Notes: generated by a model not told the origin, from the sequence alone. A stretch of DNA of 64,000 bases from Owenweeksia sp. (GCA_028285465.1 JANQPD010000068.1:7458-71457); one strand, 5' to 3'. Counted from the stretch's first letter, positions 8,406 to 18,419 are shown. Numbers and translations: made by a program.

Positions 8406-9386
8406 ACTGCCCATTACCACGGGCAGGTCCAGTTCGTTGAGGGCCTCCACGATTTGCTTGCCCAAACCGTTCCAGCCGAAAATGTATTCTACAAATACCG
8501 CTCCTGCCAGCATAGAAGCAAACCAGCCCGAAGCAGCGGTAATCACGGGATTCATGGCATTGGGCAAAGCGTGTTTGCGCAACACCCTGCTTTCCGGCAA
8601 GCCCTTTGCCCGTGCCGTACGTACATAATCCTGGCCTATCTCTTCCAGCAAGCTGCTACGGGTCAATTGTATGATTACCCCCAAGGGGCGAATACCAAGG
8701 GTAATAGCGGGTAAAATAAGGTTTTTGAGGTTCAGGTAGCTTCCCTCTCCCATATCGTCTACCGTATACAGGCTGCCCGTCATGCTCAGTCCTGTATAGG
8801 CAGACCATACATAGCCAAAGAGCCAGGCCAGTAAAATAGCCGAGAAAAAAGAAGGTACGCTCATCCCCAGGGTACCTATTACCGTGATCAGGCGATCCCA
8901 TAAAGTATTTTTGTAAAGGGCCGAGACCACCCCTAGAAATACCCCCAGCAACATGGCCAGCGCAATAGAGGCTACTGCCAGGACAACCGTATTGGGAAGC
9001 GTTTCACGGATAATGTTGCTCACGGGTTTCCCCTGGTTTTTAAACGACTGACGTAAATACGGCCACTTGAGCACCAGTTTTACCTCGCCTATGGATAACA
9101 TGGGCAGGTAGCTGCGTGTGTCATCCAAATGGGTAAAATGCGATTCGCCAAGGGCGTGTAGCGAAAGCGGACTCACATCATTCAGGTAATACAGGTATTG
9201 TTCCCACATGGGCAGGTCAAAGCCGTATTTCTGCTGTACCGCTTTAAGTTGTGCGCTGTCCTCCCGCTGGTCCAGCATCATACGGGCCGGGTCGGGCAAA
9301 GCGGTAAAAAGCAGGAACACGATGCTTACCACACCCCACAGCACCAGGAGACTATACCCGATTTTATGTAAAACGACCTTACCCAA
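8319..9386 (-). CDS. ABC transporter permease (DppB/OppB-type, peptide/nickel family)
   Basis: 355 aa, multiple TM segments, and the binding-protein-dependent permease signature YVRTARAKGL. The start is a TTG directly abutting the upstream stop codon. Confidence 0.88.
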   Translation of the reverse strand: MGKVVLHKIGYSLLVLWGVVSIVFLLFTALPDPARMMLDQREDSAQLKAVQQKYGFDLPMWEQYLYYLNDVSPLSLHALGESHFTHLDDTRSYLPMLSIGEVKLVLKWPYLRQSFKNQGKPVSNIIRETLPNTVVLAVASIALAMLLGVFLGVVSALYKNTLWDRLITVIGTLGMSVPSFFSAILLAWLFGYVWSAYTGLSMTGSLYTVDDMGEGSYLNLKNLILPAITLGIRPLGVIIQLTRSSLLEEIGQDYVRTARAKGLPESRVLRKHALPNAMNPVITAASGWFASMLAGAVFVEYIFGWNGLGKQIVEALNELDLPVVMGSVLVIGFTFVLINILVDVLYAWLDPRVRV

Positions 9387-10529
9387 TCAAAGCCGGCTGC
9401 TGAGTTCTTCGAAGGCGGGCACATCCTTGTAGTGCCACTTGCCTTTCACCACACCTTTTTGGAGCCAAACCAAACCAGGATTGCTGCGGATAATGGTTTT
9501 AAGGGTAGTTCCATCAGCGGTAGCAAAGGGAAAGGGGGTTTGCACCTCGTGCCTGAATTGCTCTACCCGGTCGGGTAAGCTGGCGCTTAGCCCGATGGTC
9601 TTATACCCTGCTCCTTCAGCTGCCTTGGCAAAATCTACCATAGGTGCAAAACCCTCGGCATCGCTCTTATTTACATTATAGGCGATAACCAAAAAAACAT
9701 TATCCATCTGCAACACCTCTTCGGTGATGTCCCGGTCTTCCATTAAAAGGAGGAAATCGTGTACGGGGGGCTCATAGCCGTGGCTTTTTACTTTGGTTTC
9801 GGTAAGTTCGCTTTGTATTTCCCATTCTTTTTTCTCCCACCATTTTTCCGCTACATAGCGCTCGGAATCTACTTGCACTGCTTCTCCGTTCTCCTTATGC
9901 TTAAGGGTGTAGATCGTAAGATAGGTGGTAGGTTGCAGGCCAAGCTCTTCTGCGCTTTTCATGCCTTCTGTTATACTCTTGCCCTCTGCATAGGCCCGGA
10001 AGTCCATAAGGGGGAGGTGGTTCAATACATAATACCCCATGAAGGCACAGGCGAGGAGCGACAGCAGCATGATGCCCTGCCGGGCAACTTTCCCGAGAAC
10101 GGGCCGGATGTATTGCAGGTTCAGAAAGATGAGCAGAATGAGTACGGTAAGGATCACGTCCTTTCCAAAAGACTGCCAGGGAGTAAGCGGGATAGCATCG
10201 CCAAAGCACCCGCAATCGGTTACCTTATTGAAGTAGGCAGAATAAAAAGTAAGGAAGGTAAAAAACACGATCATACCCAGGAGTAGCCAGGCCGTGAGTC
10301 GTTTCCAATGCCCGAGTAGCAAAGCTATGCCCAGCAGCACTTCCAGGATAACCACAAATAAGGCAAAGGCCAATGCGTAGGGTTGTAAAAAGGGAAGGTT
10401 CAGTACATCAGGGGCAAAATATTCATCGAGCTTAAAGCTGAAGCCAACGGGGTCGTTGAGCTTTATAAAACCGGAAAATATAAAAAGCAGTCCGACCAGG
10501 ATACGGGCCAATTGGGTAATAGATCTCAT
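9387..10529 (-). CDS. DoxX/MauE-family membrane protein with C-terminal thioredoxin-like domain
   Basis: 380 aa. The N-terminus ILVGLLFIFSGFIKLNDP and the CGCFG motif are typical of DoxX/MauE proteins. The soluble C-terminal half was judged thioredoxin-like by eye only. Confidence 0.6.
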   Translation of the reverse strand: MRSITQLARILVGLLFIFSGFIKLNDPVGFSFKLDEYFAPDVLNLPFLQPYALAFALFVVILEVLLGIALLLGHWKRLTAWLLLGMIVFFTFLTFYSAYFNKVTDCGCFGDAIPLTPWQSFGKDVILTVLILLIFLNLQYIRPVLGKVARQGIMLLSLLACAFMGYYVLNHLPLMDFRAYAEGKSITEGMKSAEELGLQPTTYLTIYTLKHKENGEAVQVDSERYVAEKWWEKKEWEIQSELTETKVKSHGYEPPVHDFLLLMEDRDITEEVLQMDNVFLVIAYNVNKSDAEGFAPMVDFAKAAEGAGYKTIGLSASLPDRVEQFRHEVQTPFPFATADGTTLKTIIRSNPGLVWLQKGVVKGKWHYKDVPAFEELSSRL

Positions 10530-10692
10530 TTACTGTTCGCGTTTAAAGATCAAAAATAGGGAATAGAACGTTTTAGTGCTTTGGCTTCTGTCACGTACCC
10601 TACCGTAATGAGAAAACGTAACCAATGCTTTTCAACCGTAATCCGTTTATTTAGAAAAGCTTACTTTAGGTATTTCCTCAAACATCAAACAA

Positions 10693-11943
10693 ATGAAAAA
10701 GACCTTCCTGTTCCTTTTTTTCACGCTCCCGGAATTGATCTGCGCACAAAGTGTTCAAATGGCACGACAGTACAGCTATCCCCTTACCGATGTGGTATTC
10801 AATAACGACAGCGCACATCCTAAATTGAGCGCTATGAGCTACTTTTCCTGTTGCACCATAGACTCTGCTGTTTATACATCTCCCCTTCCTTTTTCTTTTT
10901 CCACCTGGGCAGTAAATCATAGTACCGGTAATTCAAGCGATACTTACCTAAAAGTAGATTTGGTAGGGGCCTCTGGAAATCCGGTGGTTTACAGCGATAC
11001 CGTAACATTGGCCCCTGGCGATTCCGTACAAATCCACACCGCGTCTGTGAGCAAACCTGGAATGGAGTTAGACTATGCCCTGTTGCAACTTTATGAAAAC
11101 AATACTTTAACTGACTTAGACACTTTACCGCTGGTATTGAAGGGTATAGATGAGGCAACGCTCTCTCAATGCTTTGGTTTACCCGACAACTACTTTGGAA
11201 CAGATGAGTTGGGAGACGATGAAAGCGGTATAGCTCTGTTGTTTCCCCTGGACAAACATGTTGAGATTAAAGGAGTAACCATAACCCTTGGCCCCAACAC
11301 TATACCCGGGGGAGATTTTTTAATTCAGGTTTTTGACTCAAATGCATTTAACCCGCAAACTGGCTTTAATGGTTCACCTGTTTTACAGCAAAGCTTCAGT
11401 ATTACAGGCCTGAACGCACCCCTCGGTAGAGCGGAAATGCGCACCTTTTTGTTTAACAATAGCATTGTGCATGAAACGTTTGGTTATGTATGGCTCAGGG
11501 TTCTGGCTTTTAGTAATAGCGGTACAACCCCCATAGAGATAGGAAACAGCAAACGTATTGAGCCAGGCCAGGATGCTGCCTGGTTTTACAATCGAAATTC
11601 CAGCCAGTGGAAACGCAATACAGATACCACGGCAGAGATCAATAACCCGGTGATCACGGTCGAAACCTTTATTCTACATAAAGATCTTATTGGAATTAAG
11701 GAAAGTGAATGGAATAGTTTTTCGTTTTACCCAAATCCAGCCAAAGAAAGCGTATGGATTAAAATGCCCGGTAATTGGCAAGAGGCTCAATACAGCATAT
11801 ACACTTCAAACGGGATAAAAGTAATGCAAGGAAATATCAAACCGGACGAAAGCATACGAATCAACAGAATGCAGGCCGGATGTTACTGGATATGCTTAGA
11901 ATATAAGGATACAAAACACATAGAAAAATTATTTGTAGAGTAA
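10693..11943 (+). CDS. Secreted protein with T9SS type-A C-terminal sorting domain
   Basis: 416 aa with signal peptide MKKTFLFLFFTLPELICAQS. The C-terminus FSFYPNPAKESVWIKM...GCYWICLEYKDTKHIEKLFVE matches the Por secretion tail pattern. Confidence 0.7.
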   Translation: MKKTFLFLFFTLPELICAQSVQMARQYSYPLTDVVFNNDSAHPKLSAMSYFSCCTIDSAVYTSPLPFSFSTWAVNHSTGNSSDTYLKVDLVGASGNPVVYSDTVTLAPGDSVQIHTASVSKPGMELDYALLQLYENNTLTDLDTLPLVLKGIDEATLSQCFGLPDNYFGTDELGDDESGIALLFPLDKHVEIKGVTITLGPNTIPGGDFLIQVFDSNAFNPQTGFNGSPVLQQSFSITGLNAPLGRAEMRTFLFNNSIVHETFGYVWLRVLAFSNSGTTPIEIGNSKRIEPGQDAAWFYNRNSSQWKRNTDTTAEINNPVITVETFILHKDLIGIKESEWNSFSFYPNPAKESVWIKMPGNWQEAQYSIYTSNGIKVMQGNIKPDESIRINRMQAGCYWICLEYKDTKHIEKLFVE

Positions 11944-11976
11944 TCTTCATGCCCGCATCAAGAGATACCCTGTTCA

Positions 11977-12516
11977 TTATTTTCCTCCCAGCTTGATCAA
12001 GGCAAAAACGGCATAGTTTACCATATCGTAATAATTGGCCGCAATGCCTTCACTCACTACGGTTTTTCCTTTATTGTCTTCAATCTGTTTAATGCGCAGC
12101 AACTTTTGCAGGATGAGATCCGTAAGCGAACTGATGCGCATTTCGCGCCAGGCTTCGCCATAGTCGTGGTTTTTGCGTTCCATAAGGTCTTTGGCATGCT
12201 GGGCAAATTCCTCAAAAAGTGTATCTGCTTCCTCGGGGCGCATATCGGGTTGTTCGGCTACCCCTAGCTCTAAATTGATCAGGGCCATCAGGGAGTAGTT
12301 GAGAATGCCGATAAACTCTCCCTCGATGTCGTCATCCACCAATTGAATGCCCTTGTTTTCTATGCTGCGGATGCGCTGGGCTTTGATAAAGATCTGGTCG
12401 GTAAGGCTGGGTAGGCGCAAAATGCGCCAGGCCGTGCCGTAATCCTGCATTTTTTTGTTGAAGAGCGAACGGCAATTGGCCACTACCGCATCGTATTGCT
12501 CAGAAGTCTTACTCAT
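11977..12516 (-). CDS. DUF1599-like protein (two tandem repeats)
   Basis: 179 aa with an internal duplication: DYGTAWRILRLPSLTDQIFIKAQRIRSIE and DYGEAWREMRISSLTDLILQKLLRIKQIE. Located next to folP. Confidence 0.65.
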   Translation of the reverse strand: MSKTSEQYDAVVANCRSLFNKKMQDYGTAWRILRLPSLTDQIFIKAQRIRSIENKGIQLVDDDIEGEFIGILNYSLMALINLELGVAEQPDMRPEEADTLFEEFAQHAKDLMERKNHDYGEAWREMRISSLTDLILQKLLRIKQIEDNKGKTVVSEGIAANYYDMVNYAVFALIKLGGK

Positions 12517-12556
12517 TTAAATACTTTAGCCGATTGAAGCATAACCCCTAATAGGA

Positions 12557-13420
12557 ATGGAGGCGAAAGGTAAGGCATTTACAAAAACACACAGCTTGAA
12601 TTTAGGAGGCACCCTCATGTCGCTGGCACAACCTAAAGTAATGGGCATTTTAAACCTCACGGAGAATTCCTTTTACGATGGCGGGCAATACAACTCTACG
12701 GAAGCTGCTGTACGGCAATGTGCCCGTATGCTTGATGAAGGAGCCGACATCATTGATCTTGGGGCCAACAGCACCAAACCCGGAGCGCCTATGCTTTCGG
12801 CCGCAGAAGAGCTGGCCATACTTATCCCCATATTGAAAGCCTTGCTTTCCACCTTCCCCCGTGCCTGTTTTTCCATCGATACCTTCAACAGCCGCACTGC
12901 GGAAAAGGCTATAGAAGCCGGGGCACATATGGTAAACGATGTATCGGGAGGGGACTTAGACAGCCAAATGATCACCACGATAGGCCGGCTCCGTGTGCCT
13001 TACGTAGCCATGCACATGCAGGGGAACCCGCAAACCATGCAACAAAACCCACAGTATACAGACGTGGTAAAGGAAGTTTTGTATGCCCTTTCGGTTAAAG
13101 TAGAGAAACTTCACCAGGCAGGTTTAAACGACATCATCCTGGACCCGGGGTTTGGTTTTGGTAAAACCCTGGCGCACAATTACCAACTCATGGAAGGCCT
13201 GGACCAATTGCACCACCTGGAGAAGCCCTTACTGATCGGAGTAAGTCGTAAAAGCATGGTTTACAAAGTATTGAAAAGCAACAGCACGGACGCGCTCAAC
13301 GGAACTACCGTACTCCATGCCCTGGCTTTATTAAAGGGAGCGGATATCCTCAGGGTGCACGATGTTAAGGAGGCGATTGAAGTGATCAAAATTGTAAATT
13401 ACGCCCAAAATCCACGCTAA
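12557..13420 (+). CDS. folP: Dihydropteroate synthase
   Basis: 287 aa with MGILNLTENSFYDGG and DPGFGFGK motifs. The start could instead be the Met at 12617. Confidence 0.9.
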   Translation: MEAKGKAFTKTHSLNLGGTLMSLAQPKVMGILNLTENSFYDGGQYNSTEAAVRQCARMLDEGADIIDLGANSTKPGAPMLSAAEELAILIPILKALLSTFPRACFSIDTFNSRTAEKAIEAGAHMVNDVSGGDLDSQMITTIGRLRVPYVAMHMQGNPQTMQQNPQYTDVVKEVLYALSVKVEKLHQAGLNDIILDPGFGFGKTLAHNYQLMEGLDQLHHLEKPLLIGVSRKSMVYKVLKSNSTDALNGTTVLHALALLKGADILRVHDVKEAIEVIKIVNYAQNPR

Positions 13421-14202
13421 TGCCGCTGTCTTTTTTAGACGTTTCTTTTCTCGACATACTGGACATTCTTTTGGTGGCCATTTTGCTTTATCAGATCTAC
13501 CGCCTGGTAAAAGGCACGGTGGCCATTAACATCTTTATCGGTGTGGCGGCCATTTTTTTGATCTGGAAGCTGGTGCAGGCCTTGCAAATGGAAGTACTCA
13601 GCCTGATCCTGGGAAATTTTATAGGTGTGGGCGTAATTGCGCTGGTAATTGTGTTCCAGCAGGAAATTCGCAGGTTTTTGCTTGTGATCGGCTCTACTAA
13701 TTTCACGAGTAAGCGCTTGTTTTTAAAACAGCTGAAATGGCTGCGTGACGAAAGTGATCAGGAAGTGCCCCTGCACGAAATTGTGCAGGCCTGTAAGGAA
13801 ATGAGCCATGCCAAAACGGGAGCGTTAATGGTGATCGAACGCAAGTCCAAACTGGGCTTTTATAGCGATACGGGTACTAAAATAGATGGCCAGATCAGCA
13901 CGCCTTTGCTCCTTACTATTTTTAAAAAAAACAGCCCTTTGCACGATGGAGCGGTGGTGATCCAGGGGCAAAAGATCCTGGCGGCTGCCTGTATCTTACC
14001 CCTTACTGAGAAGGCAAATGTCCCTACCCGCTTCGGGCTGCGCCACAGGGCCGCCATGGGGCTTGCCGAAAAAACGGATGGCCTGGCGTTAGTTGTTTCC
14101 GAGGAAACCGGTGATGTTTCCGTTGCCCTGGGAGAACGCTTCATCAACAAGATCAACCTCCCGGAACTGGAAGATAAGCTCCAGGCATTGCTGGAAGACT
14201 AA
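13420..14202 (+). CDS. cdaA: Diadenylate cyclase (c-di-AMP synthase), membrane-anchored
   Basis: 260 aa with N-terminal TM helices. DAC-domain motifs TGALMVIER, LHDGAVVI, GLRHRAA and VVSEETG. TAATG overlap with folP. Confidence 0.9.
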   Translation: MPLSFLDVSFLDILDILLVAILLYQIYRLVKGTVAINIFIGVAAIFLIWKLVQALQMEVLSLILGNFIGVGVIALVIVFQQEIRRFLLVIGSTNFTSKRLFLKQLKWLRDESDQEVPLHEIVQACKEMSHAKTGALMVIERKSKLGFYSDTGTKIDGQISTPLLLTIFKKNSPLHDGAVVIQGQKILAAACILPLTEKANVPTRFGLRHRAAMGLAEKTDGLALVVSEETGDVSVALGERFINKINLPELEDKLQALLED

Positions 14203-15119
14203 GTGCTTTTTTCCGTTACGTATTCATCGATCTTTTCGATATCCATTACCGTATCTCCTGCTTCATTGGTACTGTAGGCGGGTACAAAATGCGCGTTTTC
14301 TATGATCTCATCGTACGTATAGGAATACCGGGCCCGCACCGTCTGATTAAATGTTGAATCGTAGGCCCGGATCAGCACCAGTATTTCCAGGTCTTTGTTC
14401 ATCAGGCTCTTACCATCATCGGTGCACAAGGGGCTGGAAGAGGTAATGCAATGCACTACCCGCCAATTGAGCGGAAAAAAACGGATAGAAGGTACTTGCA
14501 AATCCAGCTCATAAAACTGCCGGTTAAACTGCTCGCCTTCCCGTACTACCACTTTAGCCAACACCCTAGCTTCCAGGTCCATAAGCACGTGATTCTTGGT
14601 GTTCACAATCTGAAAATGGAGTTCTTTCTGGCCTTCACTATCCGTTACTACCGCATTTTTACTAAAGCGAATAGAATGCTGTGGCCTGGAAAAACGCCCG
14701 TACAACAGGCCGGTAGCCAGCGCAAAACCCATTAAACCGATCATAGCTTCGAGGGTGGCGATAATGTTGGTGGACATGCTCTTTGGTGCAATGGCCCCAT
14801 ACCCCACCGTTGTAAAAGTTTGCACGCTGAAAAAGAAACAGTTTAAAAACGCATCAAAACCGGTTTTTCCACTAAGCCCCTTCAAATTTTCAACCCCCGC
14901 CAGCATGTAAAAGCCCGCAAAAAGGCTGTTAAAAACCAGGTAAAAGGCCAACACCATAAGCGAAAACTTACCCCAGCCAATACCGATCAGGTATTGGTAC
15001 AAGCTCTTTTTCTGTGCCCCTATCTTAACTACATTAAAGCTCCCGTCATCATTGATAACCCGTTTGGTTTTGTTGGTATATTTTTCTCCAAAACCACTCC
15101 GGTTGGTTTTCTTGGCCAT
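14199..15119 (-). CDS. Inward-rectifier (KirBac-like) potassium channel
   Basis: 306 aa. Two TM helices flank a pore loop with the K+ selectivity filter TTVGYG. A Kir-type cytoplasmic beta-rich C-terminal domain follows. Confidence 0.85.
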   Translation of the reverse strand: MAKKTNRSGFGEKYTNKTKRVINDDGSFNVVKIGAQKKSLYQYLIGIGWGKFSLMVLAFYLVFNSLFAGFYMLAGVENLKGLSGKTGFDAFLNCFFFSVQTFTTVGYGAIAPKSMSTNIIATLEAMIGLMGFALATGLLYGRFSRPQHSIRFSKNAVVTDSEGQKELHFQIVNTKNHVLMDLEARVLAKVVVREGEQFNRQFYELDLQVPSIRFFPLNWRVVHCITSSSPLCTDDGKSLMNKDLEILVLIRAYDSTFNQTVRARYSYTYDEIIENAHFVPAYSTNEAGDTVMDIEKIDEYVTEKST

Positions 15120-15165
15120 AGGTACCTCTTGTTTGATCGCTTAAATGTAAAGGGAATGTGGTAAA

Positions 15166-17211
15166 CTAAAAACCATACTGCCAGGCGCCTTCCCGCAAAG
15201 GGTCGATAAGCTTTACTTTTCTTTCGCGGCTCCACTCGACCCACTCCTGCCGGTCTTGTACCTTTAAATGCGTGCTTAGCCAAATGCCGTGAACGGGAAA
15301 GGTTTCCGGTAACTTTTCATAGAACCTGTCTACATACCAAAGGGAGGCGGCCGGACTGCCCGCTACCGGGTTTTTAACCACGGTAAAGCCGGGCAGTTGA
15401 ACCAGGTTGCCTTTCTTATGCAGCTGGGCTCCTTGAAAAACTTCCGACATAGATATCCTCATAACGTTTCTAACATTCGTGGCCCACCAATGGTGTTTCA
15501 CATAGAAAGCAAGCTTGTTTTCATTCATGAGTAAAGGAGTGTCTACCAGGAAATAAAGTCTGTTGCCCTGCCGGAAAGACAATGCATCCGCTCTTTTTAT
15601 GGCATAAATGGTTAGTTCTTTGGTATGGTTTAGCCGATGATCCTCCCACAATTGATAAAGTTGCAACCCAAGCCCCATGCTCAATGCAACGAGTAACAGT
15701 GAAGCCTTCTTACTAAACAAAAAATGAAAAAAGAAGCCAATAAAAAGGTAAAGCAGCAAAAGCTCCAAACTGCCAATAGAAATCTCCTGGATGAGCCCGA
15801 TATTCAGATGCTCCACCCATTCAACACCGCTGTTCATTAACCACAGCAACTTACTGTACAGCCAGATCAGGAAAGGGTGAGGCGGCATAAAGAGGCTAAG
15901 GATTAACACGGTTAATCCCACGTACATCAATACACTTACAAGGGGGATCACAATAAAATTGGAAAGCAGGAAAAGCCCGGGAAACTGATGAAAGTAATAC
16001 AGTCCAAGGGGAAAAGTAGCGATCTGTGCGGCTACCGAAACGGTGGCGATAGACCAAAGCAGTTTTAACGGGAAAAAACGGGGGCGCCAAAGCTGTTCAA
16101 ATTTTGGCTGTAGCCATACAATGCCAAACACAGCCAGGTAACTCAGCTGAAAGCCTACTTCAAAAAGATAGGTAGGTTTTATAAGCAACAGAATTACGGC
16201 CGAAGCCAACAAGGTATTGTAAATAGAGGTATTCCGCCTGAAAGAGCTGCCTAATGCTACAAAACTGAACATAGTCGCTGCTCGCACTACACTTGGGCTT
16301 AAGCCGGTAAGCATAGCATAAAACCACAGGAACAAAACCAGCAAAAAGGATTTTAAGAGAAGCGCCTTTGGCTTACGGAGGAAGAAGAGCAATTTACCGA
16401 GTACAAGGTATACAATACCTACATGCAAGCCACTTACGGCCAGCACGTGCATGGCGCCGACGGCTGCGTAGGCCTGTAACAGATCCTGCTCCACTTCATT
16501 CCGGTAACCCAATAGTAGCGCCTTACTTACCTGTTGCTGCTCGGCAGGCAGCTGCCAACTTTCAATTTTATCTAAAAGATACTGGCGCAAAGCTATGGCG
16601 CGTGCCAGAAGGCTGGTATGATCGCGCTTTATCCTTTGTATTTGCCCTGCAGAAAGAGAAGCACTTACATATACCGCACGCAGGTTCAGGTAATTTTTAT
16701 AATCGAATTCATAAGGGTTCTGAGGAGGCATAAGGGCGCTAAACCGTCCTTCATACAGGTATACATCTCCGTAGGCCGGACTTTCTTTTAAATTGCTGTC
16801 CCGCCTGAAATAAAGCAATGCCTTCGTACCTGAAAAAAAAGTATCTACCCGGCTTACTTCAGCTTCTACACGCCAGGCATACCCTTTGTTTACAGGTGCT
16901 TGGGTGAGCTGGATGCGGTATACTCCGGTTTCTTCAAAAACAGGAAGGGAAGGCAGGTTTGCCTGGCGGAGGTAGAGAAAGCTACTGCATATGCCTAGTG
17001 AAAAAAACAAAAGCAAGCTGCCTATGCCGAAAAGCCCGCGAAAGCGGTACGAAAAAAAGAGTGAGCGGGTACTTGCGCCTATAACCAATAAGAGGCTTCC
17101 TACTCCCAGGCTACACCATACAAGCCGGGGCAAAACAAAAAAGTTGGTTGCAAGAATACCGCTGCAAAGCGCAAGAAAAAGGCGGAGAAGAGGGTAACGC
17201 TGCCAGGTCAT
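15166..17211 (-). CDS. ComEC/Rec2-family competence membrane protein
   Basis: 681 aa, polytopic. Carries the LLLGYRNEVEQDLLQAYAAVGAMHVLAVSGLHVGIV motif characteristic of the ComEC competence domain. Confidence 0.85.
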   Translation of the reverse strand: MTWQRYPLLRLFLALCSGILATNFFVLPRLVWCSLGVGSLLLVIGASTRSLFFSYRFRGLFGIGSLLLFFSLGICSSFLYLRQANLPSLPVFEETGVYRIQLTQAPVNKGYAWRVEAEVSRVDTFFSGTKALLYFRRDSNLKESPAYGDVYLYEGRFSALMPPQNPYEFDYKNYLNLRAVYVSASLSAGQIQRIKRDHTSLLARAIALRQYLLDKIESWQLPAEQQQVSKALLLGYRNEVEQDLLQAYAAVGAMHVLAVSGLHVGIVYLVLGKLLFFLRKPKALLLKSFLLVLFLWFYAMLTGLSPSVVRAATMFSFVALGSSFRRNTSIYNTLLASAVILLLIKPTYLFEVGFQLSYLAVFGIVWLQPKFEQLWRPRFFPLKLLWSIATVSVAAQIATFPLGLYYFHQFPGLFLLSNFIVIPLVSVLMYVGLTVLILSLFMPPHPFLIWLYSKLLWLMNSGVEWVEHLNIGLIQEISIGSLELLLLYLFIGFFFHFLFSKKASLLLVALSMGLGLQLYQLWEDHRLNHTKELTIYAIKRADALSFRQGNRLYFLVDTPLLMNENKLAFYVKHHWWATNVRNVMRISMSEVFQGAQLHKKGNLVQLPGFTVVKNPVAGSPAASLWYVDRFYEKLPETFPVHGIWLSTHLKVQDRQEWVEWSRERKVKLIDPLREGAWQYGF

Positions 17212-17246
17212 AATACAGGTTCAGGCAGCAGAAAGGTAGTATATTT

Positions 17247-18419
17247 CTAGTTAAGCATCAAGCGGTCAATAGATTCCAGGTCTACACAATCAAAGTAAAA
17301 CCTCAGGATGTCGCGATAAGAATAGCCCCTGCGGCTCATTTCTATGGCACCATCCTGGCTCATACCTACCCCATGGCCATATCCCCTGCCGGTAAGTACT
17401 ACCTGGCCACCCTGTTCCGTAATGTTAAAATACGTACTGCGCAGGTTAAAGTGATGGCGTATACGGGTCAGCTTTAGTTTTTTTCCTTTAAACGTGAAGT
17501 AGGCGGCCCGCCCCTCTCTGTGTGCAAAGTTTAGCAGGGCTTTGTGCAGCTTAAGGTCATTGGCAACTTTCATCTGACGGGCAACAAAACCATAGAAGCG
17601 GTCTTTGGAGATATGGCGCGTCCATTGATAGCTTCCTACGCCTACGCTAAAACTGTCGGGTTTGGAACGCAGGTATTCTACGCTGCTCAGCCAGGCGTCT
17701 TCCGCATTAGTGGTAATGCCCCCGCTATTTGCATGAAAAACACCCAGGATAGGTTCACAGGAGGCCGTCACCACAACCGTATCCCTGGTTGCCGCCACCG
17801 CTTCTTGAATCGCTTCGGCATAGGTATGGCGTGCTTTAGAAAAGTATACCTGAGATGTTACATCGTCTTTCAGGTTGTAGCCTTCTCCAATATGTTTATC
17901 CAGGTTCTTTACAGCAAACGTACGAGCCAGTACTGCCTGGGCTTTGAAAAACTCAGGCTCGTCTACATGCCCTCCTTCGCTTTCCACCACTCCTGCCGCA
18001 TAATGTTCCAGGTCTATCAGGTTTACCAATTGCATCTGCCCGTTCAATACGCGCATTTGCACATCGCCATGGTATACCCGTTTTTTACCGTTCACCTCTA
18101 TCCTGAACTCCCTTTCTGCTTCTATGCCTTTTAGTTGGAGGGCATAATATGCTCCCAGCCTTTCTTTACCCCGCTTCACGTTTATGTGCTTTATCCCAAT
18201 ATAGAAGCTTAGACTGCGGTTGCTATCAGCCTCAAAAATGTTGTACACGGTATCGATTACGGTCAGATTCCGGTTATAGGCCACCATGTAATAGGTGCCT
18301 GTATCGGGCGTAACCTCAACCTTTTTGATCCGCTCATTGCTGTAAATGCGTACTTTCAGATCCAGTCCGCTGGCATAAAAGCCCAGCAACAGGGCACATA
18401 TTGCCAATGCACCTTTCAT
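17247..18419 (-). CDS. SpoIID/LytB-domain protein (lytic transglycosylase-like)
   Basis: 390 aa with signal peptide and the GYGHGVGMSQDGA motif. ATGA overlap with lpxB. Confidence 0.85.
   Translation of the reverse strand: MKGALAICALLLGFYASGLDLKVRIYSNERIKKVEVTPDTGTYYMVAYNRNLTVIDTVYNIFEADSNRSLSFYIGIKHINVKRGKERLGAYYALQLKGIEAEREFRIEVNGKKRVYHGDVQMRVLNGQMQLVNLIDLEHYAAGVVESEGGHVDEPEFFKAQAVLARTFAVKNLDKHIGEGYNLKDDVTSQVYFSKARHTYAEAIQEAVAATRDTVVVTASCEPILGVFHANSGGITTNAEDAWLSSVEYLRSKPDSFSVGVGSYQWTRHISKDRFYGFVARQMKVANDLKLHKALLNFAHREGRAAYFTFKGKKLKLTRIRHHFNLRSTYFNITEQGGQVVLTGRGYGHGVGMSQDGAIEMSRRGYSYRDILRFYFDCVDLESIDRLMLN

Noticed and set aside
8245-8714. Plus-strand ORFs of 127 and 137 aa.
   Set aside because: They overlap the ABC permease gene in antisense and have no motifs. 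The permease frame carries the conserved signature.
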